Shown piece by piece: positions 18,099 to 27,315 of a stretch of 64,000 bases of DNA; position 1 is the stretch's first letter; every line of letters begins with the position of its first letter. Location of the stretch: the NCBI GenBank assembly GCA_021741355.1, contig JAIOXZ010000012.1:18409-82408 (forward strand). Reading direction: 5' to 3'. The position numbers and the translations under genes are program-made. The stretch is from Caulobacter sp. (lineage in GTDB: Bacteria > Pseudomonadota > Alphaproteobacteria > Caulobacterales > Caulobacteraceae). A model generated the notes under the pieces. It was not told where the DNA came from. It ran no database searches and was given only the letters and a program-made list of their open reading frames with translations.

Positions 18099-18485
18099 CT
18101 ACCAGGCCAGCAGCTTCAGGTTCGGAATGTCACTGAAATCGGCGGGGTTCAGTGTAACGAGCGTCGCGCCATGGACCAATGCCTGGGCGGCGATCATGCG
18201 GTCGAGGATTTTGCGGCGGGAATAGCCGGTCGAAGCCAGAATGGCGCGATACGCGTCAGCGGCGGGGTCGTCGAACTGCAGAACGGGCACGGATTCCAGC
18301 AGCGCGCGGAGGCGTGGCAAGCGAACAGCGGTCTGGAGAGTGTCAGCGAAAACTCCGCTCTCAAGTTCGATCCGCGTCGCCATGGCGAGGAAAAGATCCT
18401 CCTTTAGAGCGAAGACCCGTCGGGTGATTTCGACATCACCGTCGCGCAGGTGAATGGCGACGCTGGTGTCCAGAACGACGGCCAC
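18099..18485 (-). CDS. vapC: VapC PIN-domain toxin
   Basis: VLDTSVAI, RIELESG, DRMIAAQA, TLNPADF acidic PIN motifs. Confidence 0.92.
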   Translation of the reverse strand: MAVVLDTSVAIHLRDGDVEITRRVFALKEDLFLAMATRIELESGVFADTLQTAVRLPRLRALLESVPVLQFDDPAADAYRAILASTGYSRRKILDRMIAAQALVHGATLVTLNPADFSDIPNLKLLAW

Positions 18486-18488
18486 TGG

Positions 18489-18728
18489 CTACAAACCGGG
18501 GCGGTCGGCAAAGATGTCGCTGTCCCGCTCCTGAATGGAGGGAGGCTTGGGAAGCGCATCCAGCTTCGCGATCATTTCGGCGACCGACGGGCGTTTGGGA
18601 CAGATGGTGATCACATCCCCGGAGCGAACGATGGTGAGCTCGATGCCATCATCGTAGGCGATTTTGCGGGGCAGCCGGACGGCCTGGCTGTTGCCGCTCC
18701 TGAAGGTCTTGCTGGTGACGGTGGTCAT
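18489..18728 (-). CDS. vapB: VapB antitoxin (AbrB/MazE/SpoVT fold)
   Basis: TFRSGNSQAVRLP; 79 aa; GGAGA ribosome site. Confidence 0.92.
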   Translation of the reverse strand: MTTVTSKTFRSGNSQAVRLPRKIAYDDGIELTIVRSGDVITICPKRPSVAEMIAKLDALPKPPSIQERDSDIFADRPGL

Positions 18729-18740
18729 GGGATCGTCTCC

Positions 18741-18758
18741 GTATGCACACGTATATAC
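18741..18758. promoter_or_regulatory. probable vapBC operator/-10 region
   Basis: GTATGCACACGTATATAC: GTAT/ATAC inverted ends plus a GTATATAC palindrome, 12 nt before vapB. Confidence 0.5.
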
Positions 18759-18781
18759 CAAAAGACTGCGCGCTCGAAAAG

Positions 18782-20128
18782 CTACCCCTTCTTCCGTGCA
18801 ATCTTCATTGCCCTGAACCGGGCCGCCCAGCCGGGCTTTTCGGCCTGCACGCCGCGTTCGAGGGCCAGGGCGTCCGGGGCCACGTCCTTGGTGATCACCG
18901 AGCCGGAGCCGGTGTAGGCGCCGGCGCCGATGGTCACCGGGGCGACCAGCGAGGAGTTGGAGCCGACGAAGGCCCCCTCGCCCACATGGGTGTCGAATTT
19001 GTCGAAGCCGTCGTAGTTGCAGAAGATCGTCCCGGCGCCGATGTTGGCCTTCGCGCCGATCGTGCCGTCGCCCAGATAGGACAGGTGGTTGGCCTTGGCG
19101 CCCTTGCCGACCTTGACCTTCTTCACCTCGACGAAGTTGCCGATATGGGCGTCCTCGCCGATGTCCGCGCCGGGCCGCAGGCGGGCGTAGGGGCCGACGA
19201 TCGCGCCGCTGCGGACGATGGCGCCCTCCAGATGGCTGAAGGCGCGGATCACCGCGCCGGTCTCGACCGTCACCCCCGGCCCGAACACCAGGTTGGGCTC
19301 CAGGGTCACGCCGCCGGCGATCTGCGTGTCGAAGGACAGGAACACCGTCTCCGGCGCGGTCATCGTCACGCCCTCGGCCAGCAGGGCTGAGCGGGCGCGG
19401 GCCTGCCACAGCGCCTCGGCGCGGGCGACGCCGGCCTGGTCGTCGGCGCCCATGACGGCGGTTTCGGAAGTGAAGGCCACCCCCACCCGCTTGCCGGCCG
19501 CATTGGCGATGCCGACGATGCTGGTGATGTAGTACTCGGCCTTGACGTTGTTGTTGTCGACGGCGGCCAGCCAGTCGAACAGCGGCCCGGCCGGCGCGCA
19601 GAGAATGCCGGAGTAGCAGGCGCGGACGGCCTTCTCCTCAGGCGACGCGTCGCGGGCCTCGACGATGCGCAGCAGTCGGCCGTCCGCGTCCTGGATCATC
19701 CGGCCATAGAGCGCCGGATCGGCCGCCTCGAAGGCCAGCATAACCAGATCGTCCCCGGCCGCGCGGCGCTCGAACAGCGGGGCGAAGTCGCCGGCCGTCA
19801 GCAGCGGGCAGTCTGCGTTGGTGACGATCACCTCGCCGGTGAACCCGGCCAGGGCGTCCTTCGCCGACAGCACAGCATGGGCCGTGCCCAGCGGCGGGTC
19901 CTGGATCGCGACGGCGGCCTCGCCCAGCCGCTTGCGCACATGCTCGGCGACGGCCGGGCTGTGGGTCCCGCAGACCACGACCACGCGGTCGCAGCCGGCG
20001 GCCTGAACCGCGTCGATGGCCCGGTCGAGCATGGTCCGGCCGCCGATCCGGTGCAGGACCTTCGGGGTCGGGGATTTCATACGGGTGCCCTGGCCGGCGG
20101 CCATGATCACCGCGGCGCGCTGGCTCAT
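18782..20128 (-). CDS. glmU: bifunctional UDP-GlcNAc pyrophosphorylase / GlcN-1-P acetyltransferase
   Basis: [40 protein letters not shown]; hexapeptide repeats. Confidence 0.97.
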   Translation of the reverse strand: MSQRAAVIMAAGQGTRMKSPTPKVLHRIGGRTMLDRAIDAVQAAGCDRVVVVCGTHSPAVAEHVRKRLGEAAVAIQDPPLGTAHAVLSAKDALAGFTGEVIVTNADCPLLTAGDFAPLFERRAAGDDLVMLAFEAADPALYGRMIQDADGRLLRIVEARDASPEEKAVRACYSGILCAPAGPLFDWLAAVDNNNVKAEYYITSIVGIANAAGKRVGVAFTSETAVMGADDQAGVARAEALWQARARSALLAEGVTMTAPETVFLSFDTQIAGGVTLEPNLVFGPGVTVETGAVIRAFSHLEGAIVRSGAIVGPYARLRPGADIGEDAHIGNFVEVKKVKVGKGAKANHLSYLGDGTIGAKANIGAGTIFCNYDGFDKFDTHVGEGAFVGSNSSLVAPVTIGAGAYTGSGSVITKDVAPDALALERGVQAEKPGWAARFRAMKIARKKG

Positions 20129-20182
20129 CGGTTCGACTCGTAACGTTGCATTCCGGTGAGCTTTACCCGAAAGCCTGTGACG

Positions 20183-20899
20183 ATGCATGACCTGAGCAAG
20201 CCCCTCGCCGGCTGGACCATCGCCTTCGACCTCGACGGCACCCTCGTGGAGACCGCGCCCGACCTTGTCGGCGCGCTGAACGTCATCCTCATCGAGCAGG
20301 GCATGGCTCCCGCGCCGATGACGGCGGTGCGGCAACTGGTCGGCCACGGGCTGCGGGGCATGCTGCTTCGCGCCTTCGCCATGGCCGACCGGACCATCAC
20401 CGAAGAGCAGATCGCGAAGCTTCGGCCGCGGATCGTTGAGGTCTACCGCGCCCGGATCGCGCAGGAGAGCCGCCCCTTCCCCGGTTGCCTGGAGGCGTTG
20501 GCCGATCTGCGGGCGGATGGGGCAAGGCTGGCGGTCTGCACCAACAAGCCCGAGGCGCTGGCCCGGCTGCTGCTGGACAAACTCGACATGACCCGCCTGT
20601 TCGACGCCATCGTCGGCGGCGACACCCTGCCGGTGCAGAAGCCTGATCCAGCGCCGCTGCTGGCGGCCATCGCGGGCGCCGGCGGCGATCCGGCGCGGGC
20701 GGTTCTGGTCGGCGACGCCTCGCCGGATGTCGGCGCGGCGAAGGCGGCGGGCGTCCCCTGCGTGATCTGCGCGTTCGGCTACAACGACCTGCCGCCGGAC
20801 GAACTGGGCGGCGATGTCGTGATCAGCCACTTCGACGCCCTGGCCGGCGCAGTCGCCGACATCGCGGCGTCTTGCCCGACGGCGGCCGAGTCGCTATAG
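20183..20899 (+). CDS. gph: HAD-family hydrolase, phosphoglycolate phosphatase-like
   Basis: [26 protein letters not shown]. Confidence 0.85.
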   Translation: MHDLSKPLAGWTIAFDLDGTLVETAPDLVGALNVILIEQGMAPAPMTAVRQLVGHGLRGMLLRAFAMADRTITEEQIAKLRPRIVEVYRARIAQESRPFPGCLEALADLRADGARLAVCTNKPEALARLLLDKLDMTRLFDAIVGGDTLPVQKPDPAPLLAAIAGAGGDPARAVLVGDASPDVGAAKAAGVPCVICAFGYNDLPPDELGGDVVISHFDALAGAVADIAASCPTAAESL

Positions 20900-20929
20900 A
20901 CGCCGCCTCCCGGGCGAGAGCCTTGGAAC

Positions 20930-21004
20930 GGATGCGTAGCTCAGCGGGAGAGCACCTCGTTCACACCGAGGGGGTCACAGGTTCAATCCCTGTCGCATCC
21001 ACCA
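20930..21004 (+). tRNA. tRNA-Val (anticodon CAC)
   Basis: GGATGCG/CGCATCC acceptor stem, CCTCG-TTCACAC-CGAGG anticodon arm, GGTTCAATCC T arm, encoded CCA. Confidence 0.97.
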
Positions 21005-21090
21005 TTCTGCTTCGCCCTCCGGGCTTTGCAGAACAAGCCCTGCCCCTTCATTCGAAGCAGAATGCCCTCCGAAGCCTCGGCGAAGGCGGG
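21003..21090. repeat. tRNA-adjacent hairpin element
   Basis: 12-bp perfect inverted repeat CATTCTGCTTCG (21003-21014)/CGAAGCAGAATG (21053-21064), then CCCTCCGAAGCCTCGGCGAAGGCGGG. Confidence 0.55.
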
Positions 21091-21130
21091 CGGGCGGCGG
21101 CGCCACAATGCACACTTTCACACACCAATC

Positions 21131-21162
21131 TTGAATTCAGCCGGTCGTGTGTATAAATACAC
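21131..21162 (+). promoter_or_regulatory. hicAB promoter with overlapping palindromic operator
   Basis: TTGAAT (21131) then TATAAATA; palindrome GTGTAT-AA-ATACAC (21149-21162) ends 2 nt before the GTG start. Confidence 0.65.
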
Positions 21163-21164
21163 CC

Positions 21165-21353
21165 GTGAACAGCCGCGAAATCATCTTGGCCATCGAAGCC
21201 GACGGGTGGGTCGAGGTGGCCCAGAAGGGCTCGCATAAGCAGTTCAAACACCCGACGAAGAAGGGCCGCGTCACGGTCCCGCATCCGAAGAGAGATTTCA
21301 CCATCGGCACCCTGCGCTCTATCGAAAAGCAGGCCGGCCTGAAACTGAGGTAG
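21165..21353 (+). CDS. hicA: HicA toxin
   Basis: DGWVEVAQKGSHKQFKHP...VTVPHPKRD...GTLRSIEKQAG; 62 aa. Confidence 0.93.
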   Translation: MNSREIILAIEADGWVEVAQKGSHKQFKHPTKKGRVTVPHPKRDFTIGTLRSIEKQAGLKLR

Positions 21354-21356
21354 TCC

Positions 21357-21749
21357 GTGGCCCACTATATCGCCCTGATCCACAAGGACGCTGACAGCGA
21401 CTACGGCGTCTCGTTTCCCGATTTCCCCGGCTGCATTTCCGCCGGGGTGACCCTGGACGAGGCCCGCGACATGGCCGCCGAGGCGCTGGCCTTCCATATC
21501 GAGGGTATGGTCGAGGATGGCGAGGCTATTCCCGAGCCGTCATCGCTGGAACAGGTCATGGCCGATCACGAGAATCGCGACGGTGTGGCGATCCTCGTCG
21601 CGACCGAGATCCGGTCGAAGACCGTGCGGGTGAACATCACCCTGCCCGAAGACACATTGCGCGACGTCGACCGCTACGCGGAAGCCCACGGGTTTACGCG
21701 GTCGGGGTTTCTGGTTCAGGCGGCAAAGCGGGTGATGGAGAAGGCGTGA
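21357..21749 (+). CDS. hicB: HicB antitoxin with C-terminal RHH domain
   Basis: YGVSFPDFPGCISAG, VRVNITLPE, TRSGFL. Confidence 0.93.
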   Translation: MAHYIALIHKDADSDYGVSFPDFPGCISAGVTLDEARDMAAEALAFHIEGMVEDGEAIPEPSSLEQVMADHENRDGVAILVATEIRSKTVRVNITLPEDTLRDVDRYAEAHGFTRSGFLVQAAKRVMEKA

Positions 21750-21780
21750 GTCATCTCCATTAAAGCCGGAGCTTCGACGC

Positions 21781-23568
21781 CTAGTCTGGATTGACCCGCT
21801 CCCATGTCGGCTGCCCTCGGTCGGGTTGGCCGGCGCTTTCAGGACAAGCCTGCGGTTCAATGTTCAGCGGAACCCTTCGCCCGCTGACCGACAGATCGGC
21901 CCAGATGTTCGGCAGCGTCGCGACCTTGCCGGAGCCAACGGCAACGCCATCCCCGTTGCAGTTCAAGGCATCGGTCCGCCCCACGACCTGCCACTTACCG
22001 GGCGAGACCTCCTGGTAGACCGTCACGATGCCATTGAAAGCGAGCAGGATCTCCTCGTGCTTGTCGCCATTCATGTCCGCAAAGGTCGCTTCACATTTGT
22101 CGGACTTGCCGTCGCAGGCCGGCTCCGGCCGGACATCATCGTCCCAAGCTCGTGTCAGGAACGCGGCCGGGAGGGTCCGGTCCTTCGGCCAGACCAGGAT
22201 CTGTTTCACGCCGCCAGACTCGGGCGCCTGGGCGTCGCGGCCCCATTTGTTTGTCCAATTCAGCGCCTCGGCCGCCCGCTTGCCGACGTCGCCGCCCTTC
22301 TTGACCAGCCGTTGCAGCGCCGCATGGCCGTATTTCTCGCCATCGAAGCGCAGGAATCGGTAGTCGACCTTGTCGGGCTTGACCCGGCCGTCGGCGATCC
22401 GCGCCATCTGGTCGTTCACCGACAACCGCGCCGGGTCCGCCAGCGGCGAGAACAGGGCCAGGATCAGGCCGACCGTGACGAAGGCGGTGACGACGTTGGC
22501 GGTCTCCAGACGCTTCATCCAGACGCCCGGCAGCACGGCCGCCAGACTGTAGCCGACCGCGTAGAAGATGCCCGCCACCACGCAGGCGGCGGCGATGATC
22601 CGGTCCGGTGTCAGGCCGTACTGGCCGATCCGCAAGCTGAGCGCATAGGCCGCGACCCCGACCAGCGGGAGCAGCAGCAACCCGCCGATCCGGCCGGCCC
22701 AGCGCAGGACCAGCGGCGTCGGCGTGTCCGGCTCGCCGTCCTGGTAGGCGGCGTTGATCAGCACGATCATCACCGCCGCGGCGCTGAGCAGGATGGCGGC
22801 GGCGCTGCGGGTCTTCCACAGTGGCTCCAGGCCCGTGAACGGCAGGGCCAGCATGAAGGCGCCGGTCAGGAACACCAGCACCGGCAGCAGCCAGGACAGC
22901 AGCGTCAGCGCCACCGTCCGGATGCCGCGGATCAGGCCGTGGCGGACGTCGGTCAGCTGTACGGCGGCGGCGAACATCGTCGTGGTGGCCGGAATGGCGA
23001 ACCAGGATTTCCGCGTCAGTTCTTCTACGAATTCAATGCCGATCAGCTTGAACAGCGCCGCGCCGAGGAACAGCACCAGCCAGAAGACGCCGACAAAGCC
23101 GGCCGACATGACCAGTTGCACGCCGTGCTTCCAGGCCTGGTCGAAATAGGTCGGGAACCGGGCGATCAGCCTGCGGTCGCTGTCCGCGGCCGAGACCAGA
23201 TGGTGGGTGATGAACAGGACTGCGGCGAGGAACACCATCGCCTGGCCCGAAATCCACTCGACGACCTCGTGCGCCGCGCGCCGGTCGATATCGTGGGCCC
23301 CAAGGGCCGCCAGACCGGCCGCCGCGGCGAGGGTCCAGATCACCAGGGTGCGGCGGCGCATGTCCGCCAGCCCACCCAGCACGACGAAGGGCGTGAACAG
23401 GACCACGGCCGCGAGGACCCCGAACAGCACCCCGCTGGTCGCCGGCCAGACCTTGTTGTCCGCCGCCTCGGTCAGGGCCCAGAGAGCGACGCCCTGCACC
23501 AGTCCCGTGCCGATCCGCGCCAGACCGATCGTGCGGGTCTGGCCTTCATCGTCCATGCCGTAGGCCAT
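21781..23568 (-). CDS. DUF4153-like multi-pass membrane protein
   Basis: About 10 TM segments, RIGQYGLTPDRI, DPARLSVNDQ; C-terminal soluble domain. Confidence 0.75.
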   Translation of the reverse strand: MAYGMDDEGQTRTIGLARIGTGLVQGVALWALTEAADNKVWPATSGVLFGVLAAVVLFTPFVVLGGLADMRRRTLVIWTLAAAAGLAALGAHDIDRRAAHEVVEWISGQAMVFLAAVLFITHHLVSAADSDRRLIARFPTYFDQAWKHGVQLVMSAGFVGVFWLVLFLGAALFKLIGIEFVEELTRKSWFAIPATTTMFAAAVQLTDVRHGLIRGIRTVALTLLSWLLPVLVFLTGAFMLALPFTGLEPLWKTRSAAAILLSAAAVMIVLINAAYQDGEPDTPTPLVLRWAGRIGGLLLLPLVGVAAYALSLRIGQYGLTPDRIIAAACVVAGIFYAVGYSLAAVLPGVWMKRLETANVVTAFVTVGLILALFSPLADPARLSVNDQMARIADGRVKPDKVDYRFLRFDGEKYGHAALQRLVKKGGDVGKRAAEALNWTNKWGRDAQAPESGGVKQILVWPKDRTLPAAFLTRAWDDDVRPEPACDGKSDKCEATFADMNGDKHEEILLAFNGIVTVYQEVSPGKWQVVGRTDALNCNGDGVAVGSGKVATLPNIWADLSVSGRRVPLNIEPQACPESAGQPDRGQPTWERVNPD

Positions 23569-23708
23569 TGGAGTCCCCCCCTAATGGGTGAGAGCGTTAC
23601 GCAACACAGGGGCGAATACAATCTCGCGCAACGCGCACGCGCGCTTTGCGTTAGGATGAACGCGTGGCAGGGTTCTGGCGCGACCCAAAGGACCATTGCG
23701 ATCCCCGC

Positions 23709-24824
23709 ATGAGCAAGCCCGCCGACTTCAAGCTCCAGCAGGGGGACACAGGCGCTACGGTGGTCCTGTCCGGCGACTGGACAGCCGAAGGCATGGGCGA
23801 CGCCGACAACCGCCTGGCCGGTATCCTGGATGGCTCGAAGGCCATCTCCGTCGATTTGATGGCCATGGGACGCTGCGACACCGCCGGCGCCTATGCCATT
23901 CTACGGGCCGTTGAAGGCTGCGCGAGCGGCGGGGCGATCGTCGCCAAGCCCGAGACCCGGCGTCTGCTGGACCTGGTCGCGGCCGCCGTCGAGGCGGAGC
24001 CGACGCCGACCGTGCGCGAGATCGGCATCTACAACCTGCTGGTCCGGGTGGGTCAGGGCGTCTTCAACATCATCAACGAGGTGATCGAGACCTTCGCCTT
24101 CATCGGGCGGCTGACGATGTCCGGCCTGCGGGGGATCGCCCGGCCTGGCAAGGTCCGCTGGGCGCCGATCTTCGCCCAGTGCGAGCGCGCGGGCCTGGAC
24201 GCCCTGCCGATCGTGGCGACCGGCACCGCCTTCATCGGCGCGGTCGTGGCGCTGATCGGGATCAATACGTTGAGCGACTTCGGCGCGACGGTGTTCGTGG
24301 TCGAGACGATCGGCATCGCCGTGCTGCGCGAGTTCGGCATCGTCATCACCGCCGTCCTGATCGCCGGCCGTTCGGCCTCGGCCTTCGCCGCCGAGATCGG
24401 GGCGATGAAGATGCGCCAGGAGATCGACGCCATGCAGGTCATGGGCGTGGACCCGTTCGACGCCCTGGTCCTGCCCCGCTTCATCGCGCTGTTGATGATG
24501 ATGCCGCTGCTGACGTTCGTGGCGGACCTTTCGGGGATGGTCGGCGGGATGCTGGTCACCTGGAGCATGCTCGACCTGTCGCCGACCTTCTTCATGCAGC
24601 GGATCGTCGACAACGTCGGGGCGACCCACTTCTGGGTCGGGATCTCCAAGGCGCCGATCATGGCCGCCGTCATTGCCGGCATCGGCTCGCGTCAGGGCAT
24701 GGAGGTCGGCGGCGACGTCATCTCGCTCGGCCAGCGGGTCACCTCCGCCGTGGTCCAGGCGATTTTCACCATCATCGTCATCGATGCGATTTTCGCCGTT
24801 CTCTACATGAAGCTGGACGTATGA
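23709..24824 (+). CDS. mlaE: MlaE-type ABC permease with N-terminal STAS-like domain
   Basis: LREFG...GRSASAFAAEIGAMKMRQEIDA; TSAVVQAIF. Confidence 0.92.
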   Translation: MSKPADFKLQQGDTGATVVLSGDWTAEGMGDADNRLAGILDGSKAISVDLMAMGRCDTAGAYAILRAVEGCASGGAIVAKPETRRLLDLVAAAVEAEPTPTVREIGIYNLLVRVGQGVFNIINEVIETFAFIGRLTMSGLRGIARPGKVRWAPIFAQCERAGLDALPIVATGTAFIGAVVALIGINTLSDFGATVFVVETIGIAVLREFGIVITAVLIAGRSASAFAAEIGAMKMRQEIDAMQVMGVDPFDALVLPRFIALLMMMPLLTFVADLSGMVGGMLVTWSMLDLSPTFFMQRIVDNVGATHFWVGISKAPIMAAVIAGIGSRQGMEVGGDVISLGQRVTSAVVQAIFTIIVIDAIFAVLYMKLDV

Positions 24825-25633
24825 ACGGCCTGGTCGACGAGCATGACACCGACGTCGCGCCGATCGAGATCATCGGTCTGCGCTCGCAGTTCGGCGACCA
24901 CGTGATCCATGAGGATCTCGATCTGACGGTCAATCGCGGCGAAATCCTCGGCGTCGTCGGCGGGTCCGGCTCAGGCAAGTCGGTGCTGATGAACTCCATC
25001 ATCGGCCTCAAGACGCCCGACGGCGGCACCATCAAACTGTTCGGCCAGGATATCGACACCGCCACCCGCCAGAACTGGACGTCGATCGAGCGCCGCTGGG
25101 GCGTGTTGTTCCAGCAGGGCGCGCTGTTCTCGTCCCTGACTGTGCGCGAGAACGTCGCCGCGCCGCTGTTCGAGCACACGCGCCTGTCGCGCGCCGAGAT
25201 CTACGAACTGGCGGACCTGAAGATCGCCCTGTCAGGCCTGCCGTCCCGCGCGGGAGCCCTGCGGCCGGCGGAGCTGTCCGGCGGGATGATCAAGCGGGCG
25301 GCGCTCGCCCGTGCGCTGGCGCTGGACCCGCAACTGCTGTTTCTCGACGAGCCGACCGCCGGACTGGATCCGATCGGCGCGGCGGCCTTCGACGATCTCA
25401 TCGCCGACCTGTCGTCGAGCCTCAACCTCACGGTTTTCATGATCACCCACGACCTCGATACGCTTTACGCCATCACCACCCGTGTGGCGGTGCTGGCCGA
25501 CCGGAAGGTCGTCGCCGCCGCGCCGGTGCGTGAACTGGAGCATTCCAGCCACCCGTGGATTCAGGAATACTTCCTGGGACCGCGAGGTCGTGCCGCAGCA
25601 GGGTCACGGGCAATGACGGGACACAGCGTCTGA
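24821..25633 (+). CDS. mlaF: MlaF-type ABC ATP-binding protein
   Basis: GGSGSGKS, LFQQGALFSSL, LSGGMIKR, FLDEPTAGLDP. Confidence 0.92.
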   Translation: MNGLVDEHDTDVAPIEIIGLRSQFGDHVIHEDLDLTVNRGEILGVVGGSGSGKSVLMNSIIGLKTPDGGTIKLFGQDIDTATRQNWTSIERRWGVLFQQGALFSSLTVRENVAAPLFEHTRLSRAEIYELADLKIALSGLPSRAGALRPAELSGGMIKRAALARALALDPQLLFLDEPTAGLDPIGAAAFDDLIADLSSSLNLTVFMITHDLDTLYAITTRVAVLADRKVVAAAPVRELEHSSHPWIQEYFLGPRGRAAAGSRAMTGHSV

Positions 25634-26571
25634 TGGAACGAAACGCCAATTACGCCCTGGTGGGCGTCGCCTCCCTGGCCCTCGTCATCGGGCTCGTGGT
25701 GTTCATCGTCTGGCTGGCGCGCCTCCAGGTGAACCGTGACTTCGACGAGTACGACATCCTGTTCATCGGCCCGGTCCGCGGCCTGTCCGAAGGCGGTGAG
25801 GTGCACTTCAACGGCATCAAGGTCGGGGAGGTCACCAAGATCGCGCTTGATAGCCGCGACCCCAACCGGGTGATGGCGCGGGCGCGGATCACGTCCGACG
25901 TCCCGATCCGAGAGGACTCCTTCGCAACCCTCGAGCCGCAGGGGATCACGGGCGTCAACTATGTGCAGATCACCGCGGGAACGCCGTCCAAGCGGTTGCT
26001 GAAGACAACCGTGGAAAGCGGCGAAATACCTATCATCCGGAGCCAGAACAGCGCGCTGTCGGACCTGCTCCAGGGCGGCGGCACGGTGCTGTCGCGAACC
26101 ATCGAGGCGCTGGATCGGGTCAACCGGGTGCTGTCGGACGAGAACGTCAAGGTCTTCGGCGCCGCGCTCAACGACGTCCAGGCGATCACCGCCGAGGCCC
26201 GCGAGCGCAAGGCGATCATCGCCGACGCCCAGAAGGCCCTGCAGAGCATCGATGCGGCGGCGACCGAAATCACCGAGCTGAGCCGATCGACCAAGGGCCT
26301 GGTGGACGGAGACGGCCGGCGCACCCTGGCCGAACTCAGCGAAGCCGCGGCTGAACTGAAGGCCGCGACGCGCGACGCCCGCGCCATGATCGGCAAGCTC
26401 GACGGCCCGACCACCGAGTTCGCCGACACCGGCCTGCCGCAACTGACCCGGGCGATCACCTCGCTCCAGGCCACCGCAGAGTCCCTCGACCGGCTGGTCG
26501 GTGAGGTTGAACAGAATCCGCAGGGCGTCGTCTCCAAGGCGCCTGCCAGAGAAGTGGAGGTTCAGCCGTGA
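25633..26571 (+). CDS. mlaD: MlaD/MCE-domain protein
   Basis: N-terminal TM, GLSEGGEVHFNGIKVGEV, QGITGVNY; helical C-terminus. Confidence 0.9.
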   Translation: MERNANYALVGVASLALVIGLVVFIVWLARLQVNRDFDEYDILFIGPVRGLSEGGEVHFNGIKVGEVTKIALDSRDPNRVMARARITSDVPIREDSFATLEPQGITGVNYVQITAGTPSKRLLKTTVESGEIPIIRSQNSALSDLLQGGGTVLSRTIEALDRVNRVLSDENVKVFGAALNDVQAITAEARERKAIIADAQKALQSIDAAATEITELSRSTKGLVDGDGRRTLAELSEAAAELKAATRDARAMIGKLDGPTTEFADTGLPQLTRAITSLQATAESLDRLVGEVEQNPQGVVSKAPAREVEVQP

Positions 26572-27194
26572 ACCGTCGCCTGACCGCCGCCGCGCTCGCG
26601 CTGGCCGCCATCGCCCTGTCGGGCTGTATCTCGCTGTTTCCCAAGGCCGAGCCGGCGCAACTGTATCGCTTCGAGGCCCGGCCGCAGCCCCAGTCGGCGC
26701 CGGCGCCGGCGGGGCCGCTGTTCGGGGTGCTGCGGCTGGGCACAAGCTTTCCACGCGCCTCCGGGGGCGACCGCATCCTGACCATCAACGACCGGGGCGA
26801 GGCCGCCTATATCGCGGGCGCCCGCTGGGTCTCGCCGGCGTCAGTGCTGTTCGACGAGCAGGTGTCCACGGCCTTCCAGGGCGCCGGACGGGCGCGGCTG
26901 ATCAGCCGCGGCGAGGTGATCAAGGCCGACTTCTCGCTCAAGCTCGATGTCCAGGTCTTCGAGACCCTCTACGATCGGGGGCCCAAGGCCGCCCCGGAAA
27001 TCGTCGTGTCGGTCCGGGGCGTGGTCACCCGCAATCGCGACCGCGCGCTGATCGGCGACCGGGTCTTCGCCGCCCGCATCCGGGCCGGCGAGAACCGCGT
27101 CAGCGCGATCGTGCCGGCCTACAACGCCGCCCTCACCCAGGTGCTCGGCGAGCTCGTCGGCTGGGTCAATTCGGTGGATACGTCGGACGGCTAG
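26568..27194 (+). CDS. PqiC-like ABC auxiliary lipoprotein
   Basis: LSGC lipobox; ARWVSPA motif; fourth gene of the MCE operon. Confidence 0.85.
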   Translation: MNRRLTAAALALAAIALSGCISLFPKAEPAQLYRFEARPQPQSAPAPAGPLFGVLRLGTSFPRASGGDRILTINDRGEAAYIAGARWVSPASVLFDEQVSTAFQGAGRARLISRGEVIKADFSLKLDVQVFETLYDRGPKAAPEIVVSVRGVVTRNRDRALIGDRVFAARIRAGENRVSAIVPAYNAALTQVLGELVGWVNSVDTSDG

Positions 27195-27203
27195 GTATTG
27201 GAT

Positions 27204-27315
27204 GCTCCCCACTGCGTGGGGAGCTGTCACGCGGAGCGTGACTGAGGGGAGTTGAAGTGCGCCGACTCTCCTCCACCGCCTCCGGCGGTCCCCCTCCCCG
27301 CGAAGCGGGGAGGAT
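27204..27315. repeat. CIR-type repeat with non-matching (hybrid) arms
   Basis: Left arm GCTCCCCACTGCGTGGGGAGCTGTCAC...; right arm ...GGTCCCCCTCCCCGCGAAGCGGGGAGGAT; GACTC at 27264. Confidence 0.8.

Noticed and set aside
18489-20830. ORF-track proteins of 306 aa (18489-19409) and 682 aa (18782-20830) as fusions
   Set aside because: These are open-frame extensions; the real starts are vapB 18728 and glmU 20128. The same applies to extended starts for mlaF, folD-overlapping 29232, crtI, DUF934 and the MDR oxidoreductase.
20930-21780. Integrase-type genomic island at tRNA-Val, and likewise at tRNA-Lys (49851)
   Set aside because: No integrase, and I found no duplicated tRNA 3' end (attR) in the window by eye.
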